Below, one piece after another: positions 42,304-52,765 of a DNA stretch of 64,000 nucleotides. Made by a program: the position numbers and the translations under genes. Every line of letters starts with the position of its first letter. The stretch's first letter is position 1. The notes below the pieces were generated by a model. The model was not told the origin of the DNA and made no database searches. It saw only the letters and a program-made list of their open reading frames with translations. The stretch lies in the NCBI GenBank assembly GCA_963713825.1, contig CAVQNG010000003.1, positions 1,024,001 to 1,088,000 on the forward strand, read 5' to 3'. Source of the stretch: an uncultured Acidobacteriota bacterium. Its GTDB lineage: Bacteria > Acidobacteriota > Thermoanaerobaculia > Multivoradales > JAHEKO01.

Positions 42304-43791
42304 ATGATGCGAAAGCTCACCCTACCCAACGCACTCCTATTCCTTTTCCTGCTGCTTGCCGGTCCGGTGGTCTCCTGGGCCCAAGAGGAGCAGGTCTCTA
42401 TGGAAGATCTGCGGAAGATGCTCCAGGACCAGAAGGACATGCTGGAGCAGCAGCAGAAGCTCATCGAGCAGCAGGGAGAGCAGCTTTCTGAGACTCAAAA
42501 GGCGATGGCGACGCTGCAAACACAGATCGATCAATTGAAGGCGGACACGGGTCAGCCGAAGGACAAATCGGAAGAGACGATCGCCCTTCGGGAGCAACAG
42601 TCGCAGACCGCAGGCGAGCTACAGAGCAGGAAGGATACGCCCGAGAAGGAGAAGGCGGCGGGCGAGTTTCCGGGCTCGTTCCCGATTCCCGGCACCAATA
42701 TGTCGGCCAAGATCGGGGGCTATGTGCGACTCGGGCTGGTCGACAGCCTGGATCCCATCGGCTCGGACGATCGCTTTATCGTCGGTACGATCCCAGTGGG
42801 CGAGCCAACGCCAGGCGTCGATAATGAAGGATTCACCATCTCGGCCAAGCGCTCCAGGATGAACCTGGACATGCGCATGGATTCCAGCGTCGGCACCTTC
42901 AGAGCCTTCATCGAAGGTGATTTCGCAGCAGAGCTTGGCAACACCGACACCTATCGCTTGCGCCATGCCTTCGGGCAGTACAAGAGCATCATTCTCGGGC
43001 AGACCTGGTCCACCTTCATGGACACGGGGGCTACCCCCGAGGAGCTCGATTTCGAAGGATTGAACGCCAACATCAACGATCGGCAGCCGATCCTGCGCTA
43101 CACCAGGAACCTCGGCCCGTCTCGGAGCTTCGCTGTCTCCCTCGAGGATCCAGCTGCTGAGATCACGGGTGGCGATGGCAAGGGTAAGTTTGCCGACCTT
43201 GCCGCTCGGATCAATTCCCCAAGAGAGTGGGGCCATCTGCAGACGGCTGTTCTTCTGCGAAATATTTCGGGGGCCCCCACTGACGATCCGACGAGTGTCA
43301 AGTCGACGTTCGGATGGGGCCTCAGTTTCAGTGGGAGCAATCGATTCAGGAAGTGGAGCCAAAAGGACAATTTCAAATACCAGTTCAATTTCGGTCGGGG
43401 TATTGGACGGTATATCAACGACCTGGATTCGGTGGGAGGATCGGATGCGGTTTTCGATTCGGAAGGGAATCTGAAGGTGCTGCCAGCACTGGGCGCCTAC
43501 GTCGCGTACCAGCATTACTGGAAGAGGGATCCAACCGCTTTCTTCGGCAGCTCCGGCCTTCTCAGGGACCTTCGGTCGACCGTGGTGTTTGGCTACACAC
43601 AGGTCGACAACTACGACTTTCAGGAGGACGATGCCTATCGCCGGACCAAGAGGATCACCCTGAATCTGCTCTGGTCACCGATCACCTCCATCGACCTCGG
43701 CTTCGAGCTCCTATGGGGCGAGCGAATGAACAAGGACGGGGAAAGAGGCAACGCGAGCCAGTTCCAGCTGGTGGGGACGTTCTTCTTCTAG
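42304..43791 (+). CDS. DcaP-like outer-membrane porin with N-terminal coiled coil
   Basis: Signal peptide, coiled coil, FIEGDF, YRLRHAF, LGQTWSTFMD, C-terminal Phe. Confidence 0.82.
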   Translation: MMRKLTLPNALLFLFLLLAGPVVSWAQEEQVSMEDLRKMLQDQKDMLEQQQKLIEQQGEQLSETQKAMATLQTQIDQLKADTGQPKDKSEETIALREQQSQTAGELQSRKDTPEKEKAAGEFPGSFPIPGTNMSAKIGGYVRLGLVDSLDPIGSDDRFIVGTIPVGEPTPGVDNEGFTISAKRSRMNLDMRMDSSVGTFRAFIEGDFAAELGNTDTYRLRHAFGQYKSIILGQTWSTFMDTGATPEELDFEGLNANINDRQPILRYTRNLGPSRSFAVSLEDPAAEITGGDGKGKFADLAARINSPREWGHLQTAVLLRNISGAPTDDPTSVKSTFGWGLSFSGSNRFRKWSQKDNFKYQFNFGRGIGRYINDLDSVGGSDAVFDSEGNLKVLPALGAYVAYQHYWKRDPTAFFGSSGLLRDLRSTVVFGYTQVDNYDFQEDDAYRRTKRITLNLLWSPITSIDLGFELLWGERMNKDGERGNASQFQLVGTFFF

Positions 43792-43811
43792 GGTTTCGTG
43801 GGAAACTCCTG

Positions 43812-45593
43812 GTGACCTCTCGCCCCTTGCGCCCTCACTGCCTCTAGGCTTGGCCTCACTGCCTCACTGCCCTGCTGGCATTGCTGCTCTTCGTATCGCC
43901 TGCTCAGCCCCGACGCCATCATCATCACCAAGGCGATGACGGCTTCGACGATCGCAGAGGTCTTTGTCGAAGAGGGGAGGATCCTCGTCGAGATCGAAAT
44001 CGGGGGGCAGGATCTGGAGGGTTTCCGCAACCTGATGCCGGACGCGGTCTACCGGAGAATGGGACACGAGTCCCGGCCTGGGGCCGGAGCGGCTCGCGGA
44101 GTTCTTTCAGCCAGGACCTGGTGATTCGCGCCGATGGGGGCTCGCCCTTGAGCGGCCGTCTGGTTTCGATCGAGCCCCGAGAACGGGTGCCGCGGGACGA
44201 GATCACGGGTGATCCGCTCCCCGTCCCAGAGGGAGAAGGCGAGCCGGTGGTCTTCGCGGTTCTGGAGTACCCGCTGTCGCGACGGCCCGAGGAAATGTCA
44301 ATCTGCGCCACCGACCGGTGAAGGAGGCGTCAGCCAGGCGAGCATCGGCTTCATGACCTACCACCACGAGATTCCGGTCAACGACTTTCGATATCTCAGC
44401 ACCGAAGAGGTCCTGGATCTGGACTGGTCGGATCCCTGGTATTCGGCGTTCCGAAATCGGAATCTGCGACGGCAGTACGACGCACCAATGAACGCCTTCC
44501 TATACGTCGAGCCCTACGAGGTGCGTACCGAGATCATCGCCCGCCCGTTGGATCTCCAGCGCTGGGTGGACCTGGGTCTTGAGGGTCTCGAGACGATTCC
44601 GGTCGAGATGCAGTACGAATTGAATCAGAAGGTGGCCGCATTTCTTGGCCGAGCACCAGAACCTGACCATCGACGGACAGCCCGTCCGGCCAGAGCTCGA
44701 CCGGGTGAACTTTCTGCGCCGAACGCTCCGCACCAGTCGGTGATCGACCCTCCCGAGGAGCTGGACATCTACTCGGCCACCCTCGGAGTGATCTTCGTCC
44801 ATCCCACCGAAGGTCTGCCACAGGAGGCCAGCCTGACCTGGGACCTGTTCGACGAGAGAATCCAGCGGGTGCCCGGTGCGGCCACCGACGAGGCGGGGCC
44901 GCTGCGGTTCTTCCTGGTACCGGACGACAATATCCTGTGGTGGAAGAATTTCCTCAAAAACCCGACCATTCCGACCCTGGTCGAGCTGGCTCCGCCACCG
45001 AGCCTCGGGTTGCGGGTCCTGGGCTGGTCGAGCTGGCTGATATTGGTGCTGTTTCTCGGAACGATCGTGATGATGGTCCGGACTTTCGTCCGCGAGCGGA
45101 CCGTCCCTCGAAGGGCAATTACCGTTTCAATCCTGCTGCTTCTGGCAGCAGGAGCCGCTTTTGCGGCAACCCTGCCCAGCCGCATGACCGATGAAAAAGC
45201 CGAAGGGATGGTGGCCGGCCTGCTCCACAACATCTACCGCGCCTTCGACTTCCGCGGCGAGGAGGCGATCTACGATGTTCCTCGATCGCAGCGTCAGCGG
45301 GGAGCTCCTGACCGAGATCTATCTCGAGACCCGGCGCGGGCTGGAGCTGGCCAGTCAGGGCGGAGCTCGAGCGAAGGTCAAGGACATCGAGCTGCTCGAG
45401 GTCGAGTCCCGGCCACTCGAGGGAAGGCAGGGCATCGCCGCCCACACGCAAATGGAACGTCTCCGGATCCGTGGGCCACTGGGGTCACGTCCACACGCGG
45501 ATCAACCAGTACGAGGCCGACTTGACCATAGAGCCTGTCGATGGCCTCTGGAAGTTGACGGGCCTCACCATCCTGCAGGAAGAGCGACTCTAG
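43812..45593 (+). CDS. Conserved exported/membrane hypothetical protein with multiple apparent indels
   Basis: Fragments in alternating frames (DAIIITKAMTASTIAE..., LDWSDPWYS, EPYEVR, LHNIYRAFDFR, GSVGHWGHVHTR, EERL-TAG); start uncertain. Confidence 0.6.
43833..43872 (-). repeat. Degenerate GTGAGGCA-family array (CCTCACTG on +)
   Basis: cctcactg cctctagg ...cctcactg cctcactg at the 5' end of the hypothetical gene. Confidence 0.6.
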
Positions 45594-45617
45594 AAAGAGC
45601 CTTGCGCCCTCCCGTGG

Positions 45618-46604
45618 TCACCGAGGATGCTTCAGAGTCTCTGACGGCAGCTCTCCGAAAGTCTCTCGGTACGCCCCGGCAAAGCGCCCGAGGTGGTAGA
45701 AGCCGTACTGCAGAGCCACTACAGTAACGGTTGTCTGGTCGCGTTCCGCAGACATGAGCTCACGGCGGGCCGCCTCGAGCCGACAGTGCTTCAGATATTG
45801 CATGGGCGGCATGCCATAGCGCTTGCGGAACTCCCTCAGGAGAGTGCTTGCGCTGGTGCCGGTAATCTCGATGAGCTTGTCGAGGGCGAAGGGCTCGGCC
45901 AGGTGAGCTCGGATGTACTCCTCCGCTCTTTCAAGACCCGCCTTCGAGAGCCCCCGATCGCGGTTGGTCCTGGATTGTTGAGACCCGGCTTCGGAAGCGA
46001 GGATCAGCAGGGTTGCGCAGGTGTGCTCGATCTCGCGAGTCGCGGTCACAGAGCGAGTGAAGAGCCCTCCCCGGCAGATCTCGGTCCAAACGAAGTCGAG
46101 AAAATGGCGAAAGCTCTGGCCGGCCGATGATTGCAAGTCGAGCCGCCAGTCGCCGAGCAGATCGCTGTAGTGCTCGTGGTCTGTCAGCCGCAATGCAGCG
46201 TGATCGATCCAGCCGCCATCGAAGGTCGCGACGAAAAGGCCGGACGGGGGACCGACACGCAGGTCGAGCTCGCTGTTCGTGTGCAGCACTTGGGCCGAGC
46301 CCGGATGGAAGGTCTCGCCACGGCTCCCGCGGTAGAACCGAAGGGGTTTACTCGCGGGCACGGTGATCGCCGTGTATGGGGCGGGAACACGCTCGACGTG
46401 GGCGTCCTGGATGCGCACTGTGAACATCCCCACCTTTAGCAGGGGAGCCGCATAGACCTCGGCCCGAAAGCCCCCTCCCTCTCCCTGTTTTGTCGAGACA
46501 CCGGAAGCCACCGATCGCAAGCCCTCCGAGAAATCGTCGGGGTTCGTTGCTACCGAGTGCTCCACGCGAAGCGCGGTCTCGCCGGGTGGGCCAGTCGATG
46601 CCAT
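45618..46604 (-). CDS. AraC-family transcriptional regulator (EutR-like)
   Basis: C-terminal double HTH ...TVTVVALQYGFYHLGRFAGAYRETFGELPSETL. Confidence 0.9.
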   Translation of the reverse strand: MASTGPPGETALRVEHSVATNPDDFSEGLRSVASGVSTKQGEGGGFRAEVYAAPLLKVGMFTVRIQDAHVERVPAPYTAITVPASKPLRFYRGSRGETFHPGSAQVLHTNSELDLRVGPPSGLFVATFDGGWIDHAALRLTDHEHYSDLLGDWRLDLQSSAGQSFRHFLDFVWTEICRGGLFTRSVTATREIEHTCATLLILASEAGSQQSRTNRDRGLSKAGLERAEEYIRAHLAEPFALDKLIEITGTSASTLLREFRKRYGMPPMQYLKHCRLEAARRELMSAERDQTTVTVVALQYGFYHLGRFAGAYRETFGELPSETLKHPR

Positions 46605-46846
46605 GACCTGTTTGAGTCCTGTCTTTCGCCTGTTGACGATTCTCGGATAAGGCGCTGTTTCGAGGATAGCAGGACCAGGGAATCTCTCGTAGGGTTTGTT
46701 ATCCTCGATAGCTGCCAACCAGGTAAGCCTCGCTTGTGGACCCGGAGAATGTCCAACAGATGCGCCATGCAGAGATCTATGAACCTCTGGCGCAGAGAAT
46801 CCGATCGAATTTCGTGAGGAGAACTTCTCATTCGAAGGAGGAATCA

Positions 46847-48100
46847 ATGAAGCCAAAACGCCAACTTGCCCTTCTCACCCTAGTCCTCATTGCCTTTTTC
46901 GCCGGTTGGGTAGCCCATCAGGTGAACCTCATCGGGAAGAGCGAGGCCGCGGAAGAGCCGATGATGGTCTCGCCGACAGCGGCGTTGGACGACCGGGATG
47001 TCTACTATCCCGGTTCCGAGGACCTGGCGCCTGACGAGATGCGGATCATCGCCTGTGGCACCGGCATGCCGAACGCCCGCCCGAAGCAGGCGGCAGCGTG
47101 TTGGATCGTCGAGCTCGGCAATGGTGACAAGTTCATCTTCGACATCGGTTTGGGCTCGGCCGAGCGCATCGCCGCCATGAAGATCCCTTACGATTTCTTG
47201 GACAAGCTGTTCATCGGTCACTTACATGCCGATCACATCGGCGATCTCGATGCCCTGTGGATTGGTGGAGTGATCTCCAACCGTCAACGACCGTTGCGGG
47301 TCTGGGGCCCCTCTGGCTCGGACAAGACCCTCGGTACGAAGAACATGGTGGACCGCATGAAGGAGATGTACGCCTGGGACATGGCGTCGAGGCAAGGCAA
47401 CGTCAATACCAAGGGACTCGCGATCGAGGTGAACGAGTTCGACTACAAGGCCGTCAATGAGGTCATCTATCAGGAGAATGGGGTCACCATCACCTCCCTT
47501 CCGGCGATCCATGCCGTCGACGGCTCGGTCAGCTTCGTCCTGACCTGGAACGGTCTCAAGTTTGCCTTCTCCAGCGACACCTACCCGAACAAGTGGTGGA
47601 TGGAGCACACGAAAGACTCGGATCTGGCGATCCATGAGTGTTTCGCCCCGCCGTCGATCATGGTCAACAAGCAACGATTCGCCGTGCTCGACGCGTTGAA
47701 TGTAGCCACCCAGGTACATACCTCACCCGCCATGTTCGGCAAGGTGATGAGCCAGATCCAACCTCGAATGGCCGTTGGCTACCATGTCTTCAACGACTTC
47801 GACACCAAGCCGCAGATCGAAAAGGAGGTCCGATCCACCTACGACGGCCCGTTCGAGCTGGCAGTCGACTACATGGTGTTCAACGTGACCAAGAAGGACA
47901 TCCGCGTCCGCATGGCCGCCTACGACGAGGACATCTGGCCGCTGCCGTCAGTCACGAAGAAGGAGTCCGCGGATCCGAAGGACAGGGTTGGGTTCTCTGA
48001 CTACATCACGGGCGGGCGAGTGGTATACAAGGACGTGATCGACGACTACTACAAGGAAACGAACGAGATGTTCGGCACGGACTACAAAGCTCCGCAGTAG
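46847..48100 (+). CDS. MBL-fold metallohydrolase (RNase Z/AtsA/GntH-like), exported or anchored
   Basis: CGTGMP, FDIGLG, HLHADHIGD, PAIH, SSDT, IHEC, VHT. Confidence 0.87.
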   Translation: MKPKRQLALLTLVLIAFFAGWVAHQVNLIGKSEAAEEPMMVSPTAALDDRDVYYPGSEDLAPDEMRIIACGTGMPNARPKQAAACWIVELGNGDKFIFDIGLGSAERIAAMKIPYDFLDKLFIGHLHADHIGDLDALWIGGVISNRQRPLRVWGPSGSDKTLGTKNMVDRMKEMYAWDMASRQGNVNTKGLAIEVNEFDYKAVNEVIYQENGVTITSLPAIHAVDGSVSFVLTWNGLKFAFSSDTYPNKWWMEHTKDSDLAIHECFAPPSIMVNKQRFAVLDALNVATQVHTSPAMFGKVMSQIQPRMAVGYHVFNDFDTKPQIEKEVRSTYDGPFELAVDYMVFNVTKKDIRVRMAAYDEDIWPLPSVTKKESADPKDRVGFSDYITGGRVVYKDVIDDYYKETNEMFGTDYKAPQ

Positions 48101-48146
48101 GATTGAGAGGTCGAGAAGCAACGACCTCTACAAGCGAGGAGGGCAG

Positions 48147-48908
48147 ATGATGCAAGCAGCGAGAAGAGTAGCTTCCGGTTTCCTCTGGATTCTGGTGGTG
48201 CTCTCGAGTTCGAGTCCCCCGGCTACAGCGCAGGCGGAGTCCCCTGATCCGGCGACTCTGCTCGAGGAGATGTCCTCCTACTTGAAATCGCTCGAGGCTT
48301 TCGAGCTCCGAGCGAATGTGACCTTCGACGACGTGCCATTGCCCGACACCAAGGTGCAGTACAGCGGTTCGATGGCGGTTCAACTACGTCGACCGGATCG
48401 GCTGCGCATGACCTACCAGGACGATCTGACCGCCAGGGAGCTGTGGCTGGATGGATCGATGGTGACGATATTGGGCTCGGCCGAGAATCTCTGGGCAGCG
48501 ACCACGGCAGAATCGACGATCGACGAGACCCTGAGGATGTTGGCCACCGACTATGGTCTGTCTCTCCCCCTCGAGGATCTCTTCTCCTCCGATCCGCACT
48601 CGGTGCTGATGGGGAATGTGAAGGCCGACCGCTACATGGGGCTCCACGACGTGAACGGGGTGGCCTGCCACCACCTGATCTTCGGTCAGGAGAACGTCAA
48701 CTGGCAGGTATGGATCGAGGCCGGACCGAAGCCTCTGGTCAGGAAGGTGGTCATCACCTACAAGACCCTGCCGATGGCACCTCAGTTCGCTGTCGAAGTC
48801 ACTGGATGGAGCTTGAATCCAACACTGCCGGATTCTCGCTTTCAACCACAGATCCCCGACGATGCCATCGAGATCGACTTTCTCGCCGTTGAGGAGGCCC
48901 GGCCATGA
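48147..48908 (+). CDS. DUF2092 (LolA-like) periplasmic protein
   Basis: Signal peptide, RPDRLR, CHHL.F.QE.VNWQVWI, PQF. Confidence 0.82.
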   Translation: MMQAARRVASGFLWILVVLSSSSPPATAQAESPDPATLLEEMSSYLKSLEAFELRANVTFDDVPLPDTKVQYSGSMAVQLRRPDRLRMTYQDDLTARELWLDGSMVTILGSAENLWAATTAESTIDETLRMLATDYGLSLPLEDLFSSDPHSVLMGNVKADRYMGLHDVNGVACHHLIFGQENVNWQVWIEAGPKPLVRKVVITYKTLPMAPQFAVEVTGWSLNPTLPDSRFQPQIPDDAIEIDFLAVEEARP

Positions 48909-49645
48909 AGAACTCCCGATTTCTCCTGATTGCAGTCTCCGTCATGACTGGCGTCCTTCTGATGAGCGGTGATGTGGCACAGGCTGGGGCCGGAGGCGGT
49001 GGTGGTGCCTTCGGCGGTGGTGGCTTCCATGGTGGCAGCATCAACAACCCCGGACCGGTGACCGGTGGCTACGGCGTCCCTTACGGCTACTACCCTGGTG
49101 GCTACCTCAACTATGGCGGCGTCACCAACCCTACGCCTGAAACTTCAAACCCCCTCGGCAGTGGGGGAGGCGACACCTACCAGGTCTATGGCCCGCGCGA
49201 GCCCGGGGCAAAGACTGACCCGCCCCCTCAACTCGAACCCCGGGGCACAGTCGCTCCCGATGATGCTCTCGATCAGGGTGGCCCCGGGGATCCACTCACT
49301 GGCCATCTGAATGACGATTGGTGGGAGTTCGGTGGGACCGCAGCGACCGCGGCTCCGGGAATTGCTGCTGGCACCACCGTCGCTCGCTTGCCGGTAGGCT
49401 GCGAGCAAGGGCAGGTCGCGAGTCAGCGGTTCTGCTATTGGGAGGGGGTCTTCTACGCTGCGGCAGCCTCGGGTTATGAGGTCATCGCACCCCCGACAGG
49501 CGCCGCTGTGTCGACCATCCCTGGCAGGGCCGAGCTCGAAACCGTCAACAAGCAGCAGTACTTCGACCTCGACGGTGTCTACTATCAGGCGTTCTACAGT
49601 GGCAGCGGCCTGGTCTACAAGGTGGTCGAGGATCCGCATGCCTAG
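48905..49645 (+). CDS. Gly/Tyr-rich exported protein (DUF6515-like C-terminus)
   Basis: Signal peptide, Gly-rich region, LPVGC...YWEGVFY...YEVIAPP.GA.V; ATGA overlap. Confidence 0.7.
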   Translation: MKNSRFLLIAVSVMTGVLLMSGDVAQAGAGGGGGAFGGGGFHGGSINNPGPVTGGYGVPYGYYPGGYLNYGGVTNPTPETSNPLGSGGGDTYQVYGPREPGAKTDPPPQLEPRGTVAPDDALDQGGPGDPLTGHLNDDWWEFGGTAATAAPGIAAGTTVARLPVGCEQGQVASQRFCYWEGVFYAAAASGYEVIAPPTGAAVSTIPGRAELETVNKQQYFDLDGVYYQAFYSGSGLVYKVVEDPHA

Positions 49646-49681
49646 GATCGGTGTTCGAATTTCATTGCAGAGGAGGCAACC

Positions 49682-50271
49682 ATGAGGAAGAGTTCATAGC
49701 TGTTGTCAGTGTTATCGCAGTGTTGGTCTTGGCGCTAGGTGCGATGCCGGCCGCCGCCAAGAAGAAGCGACAATCATAGAGAGCTTCGAGGCCAATGCGA
49801 TCATGCAGACCGCCGGCGCGGGATCGATGGCGACAATCAACATCTACCGCTGGTCGAGCGATGCCGAGCGGGACGAACTTCTCGGGGTCATCAAGAGCGC
49901 GACCGCAGGCGACCGTGAAGTTGCCCAGGCCTTGCGTGGTCAGGAGAAGGCGGGGTATGCCTTCATGTCGGGTAGACAGGGCTATCCTCTGCGCTATGCG
50001 CGCGAGTTCAAGACGGAGGATGGCAGGCGGCAAGATCATCCTGGCCACCGATCGCCCTGTCATCGTTCCAGGAGGGCTATACAGGACAGCATGGCGGGTG
50101 ATTTCGACGTCACCATCATCATCCTGACACGTGGATGAGAACGGCAAGGGCGACGGCATTCTCTCGTATGGTACCGAGGTCAAGTGGGACGACAAGACCG
50201 GCAAGATCGAGCCGACGAACATGTCTTCGCAGCCGATCAAGCTGACCAACGTTCGACCGAGAAAAGAAGTA
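49682..50271 (+). CDS. Exported hypothetical protein with several apparent indels; paralog of 54498-55124
   Basis: GAGGAGG SD; fragments INIYRWSSDAER, GYPLRYAREF, GDGILSYGTE, SSQPIKLTNVRP match the paralog. Confidence 0.7.
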
Positions 50272-50296
50272 GACTGTCTTCAGGCCTACGCTTGTG

Positions 50297-50331
50297 ACCC
50301 CCGACCTGGCTTCCGCCGGGTCGGGGGTTTT
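50297..50331 (+). terminator. Intrinsic terminator
   Basis: ACCCCCGACCTGGC-ttcc-GCCGGGTCGGGGGT followed by a T run. Confidence 0.85.
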
Positions 50332-50402
50332 GTGTTCCCAGCTCGGTCATGCGACCAGCTGGCCCCTCGACACGAACGATGAGCTTCTTCTAAGGTGAGC
50401 CG

Positions 50403-52599
50403 ATGAGCCAGGAAGATGGAAAGCGGTCCTCAGAGAGCCCACAGAAGAAGCCTCGCTTGAGTCCCACCGCCAAGATCCTCTTGAGCCTTTCCCTCGGGAT
50501 CGGCGTGGGCCTCTTCTTCGGAGAGCCGGCGGGACGGCTGGGCGTGGTGGGAGATGTCTATGTCGGGTTGCTCCAGATGACGGTGCTGCCCTTCATCACG
50601 CTCTCTCTGGTCGCCAATATCGGTCGTTTCTCACTGCAGGACGGGGCGAAGCTCATGCGGGCCGCGGCGATCGTCATGCTGGGCCTCTGGGTCCTGGGTC
50701 TGATCACGATAGCGATCGTTCCGATCTCGTATCCTCCCTTCGAGACCGGTTCGTTCTTCAGCACAAGTCTGATCGAGGCTCAGGAAGCGCCGGATTTTCT
50801 GGGCCTGTATGTGCCTTCGAACCCCTTTCACTCGTTGTCCCAGAACCTGGTTCCCGGAGTGGTGCTCTTCAGCATTCTGCTGGGACTGGCCCTGGCGGGT
50901 CTCGATCGCAAGCAGTTGGTCCTCGACCAGATGGACGTCCTGATGCAGGGACTGATGGGCGTCAACAAGTTCGTCGTTCGACTGAGCCCTGTCGGAATCT
51001 TCGCCATCGCAGCCAGCGCGGCGGGCACGATCACGCTGGCGGAGTTCGGCAGGTTGCAGGGCTACATCATCAGCCACACCCTCCTCGCGGTCATTCTGGC
51101 GTTGTGGGTCCTGCCCATGGTCGTGGCGGTACTGACCGGACTGCGCTACCGGACGGTTCTGAGTGCGTCCAAAGAAGCGGCTTTGACTGCTTTCGTCATC
51201 GGCAGCGTATTCGCGGTACTGCCCATGTTGATCGACAGCATCGAGAAGCTGCTGATGGAGGACGACTGGGATCCGAAGGACTCGACGGTAGCACCGGAGA
51301 TCCTCGTTCCCCTCGCCTATCCCTTCCCGACGTTGGGTAAGCTCTCGAGCCTGCTCTTCATCCCCTTCTCGGCCTGGTTCGTAGGTAGCTCCATCGATGC
51401 GGGCCAGATGCTGGTCTTTCTGACTTCGGGTCTGTTCAGCTCGTTCGGCAGCCTGGTGGTGACCATCCCATTTCTTCTCGACCTGCTGCACCTGCCCTCC
51501 GACATGTTTCAACTCTTCATGATGGCCGGAGTCTGGTCGGCCAGGGTCAGCGATCTGCTCGGCATCATGAGTCTGTTGGCGTTCAGCATTCTCACCGCCT
51601 ACGCCATCAAGCGCAGGATCTCGATCCACTGGCGGCAGCTTGCCGGAGCACTGGTCATCGGTGCCCTCTTGATGGGTGGCGCGATGCTGGGGACGCGGGT
51701 CTACCTGAAGACCACCTTCGAGGGTGCCTACAAGAAAGCGGACATCCTGGATCGCATGCACCTGCTCGAGCCGCTGGTACCGGCGGCGGTCCTGGACGAG
51801 CCCGCACCCAACCCGATTCCTCTGCAGCCGGGGGAGTCGAGGATCGATCGGGCCCGGAGAGAGAGGGTTCTGCGAGTCGGGTTCGATCCACAGCGACTTC
51901 CGTTCTGCTTCTTCAATCACCGCCAGGAGTTGGTGGGTTTCGATATCGACATGGCGCATCGCATGGCAGCCGATTTCAGGGTGGAGTTGGTGTTCGTACC
52001 CTTCCGCAACGAGACCCTGGTGACGCAGCTCGAGGAGGACCATTTCGACATCGCCATGTGTGGGCTCGGCGGCACGTTGAGGCGGGCATCTCGGCTCATG
52101 TTCTCGGACTCCTATCTCGACGTGACGCTGGCGGCGGTAGTCGAGGATCACCGTCGCAAGGACTTCCTGAATCGGGCGACCATCGAGCGCATCGAGAACC
52201 CGAAGCTGGCCTTCCTCGAAGGGAGCTACTTCGAAGAGAGGATCAGGACACGCGTTCCCGATGTCGACTACGTGGCGCTCGAATCAGAGGCGGAGTTCTT
52301 CGAGATGTCGGGGGAGGTCGATGCTCTGGTGACGAGTGCCGAAGCCGGAGCCGCCTGGGCTCTGTTCCACCCCGGCTACGCGATGGTCAATCCCATCCGT
52401 CCGCCGGTGAAGATTCCCCTGGTCTATCCCTTGGGTTCCGACGATGGTTATTACTACTCGCTCATCAACGACTGGATCGATCTGAAGAAGAAGGACGGCA
52501 CGGTCGACACCCTCTTCGCCTCACTGGATCCTGGGCAAGGGGGCTGAGGACAGGCGTCCCCGGTGGAGTGTGATGCGCGACGTTCTGGGTTGGGAGTAG
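50403..52599 (+). CDS. Dicarboxylate/amino acid:cation symporter fused to a family-3 substrate-binding domain (apparent indel near 52520)
   Basis: LLQMTVLP, PSNPFHSL, SPVGIFAIAA (SDF); LRVG...LPF...GFDIDMAH (SBP3); shifted frame ends HWILGKGAEDRRPRWSVMRDVLGWE-TAG. Confidence 0.87.
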
Positions 52600-52622
52600 C
52601 TTTTCCCGCCCGCGCACCCAGG

Positions 52623-52678
52623 CTTAGGGGCTTAAGGGCTTAGGGGCGTAATGGCCTAGGGGCTGAAGGGCGTAGAGG
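52623..52678 (+). repeat. Octamer array (C(T/G)TAGGGG family) x7
   Basis: cttagggg cttaaggg cttagggg cgtaatgg cctagggg ctgaaggg cgtagagg. Confidence 0.9.
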
Positions 52679-52689
52679 CTTGAGCCGCT

Positions 52690-52750
52690 TGAAGCGGCCG
52701 GTGCCTCTGCCGGCCGGGGCGGGTGGATGGGGATCGACCTGTGCCGGCCG
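52690..52750 (+). repeat. REP-like family 2 hairpin plus half-copy
   Basis: TGAAGCGGCCGG-tgcctctg-CCGGCCG, then GACCTGTGCCGGCCG at 52736-52750. Confidence 0.85.
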
Positions 52751-52765
52751 ACGATCGTGCAGGGG

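Noticed and set aside
46847-48100. Guanitoxin biosynthesis implied by a GntH-like hydrolase
   Set aside because: No other gnt-like genes nearby; the fold is widespread
52621-52680. TTAGGG as telomeric or eukaryotic contamination
   Set aside because: Periodicity is 8, not 6, and arrays are embedded between normal bacterial genes
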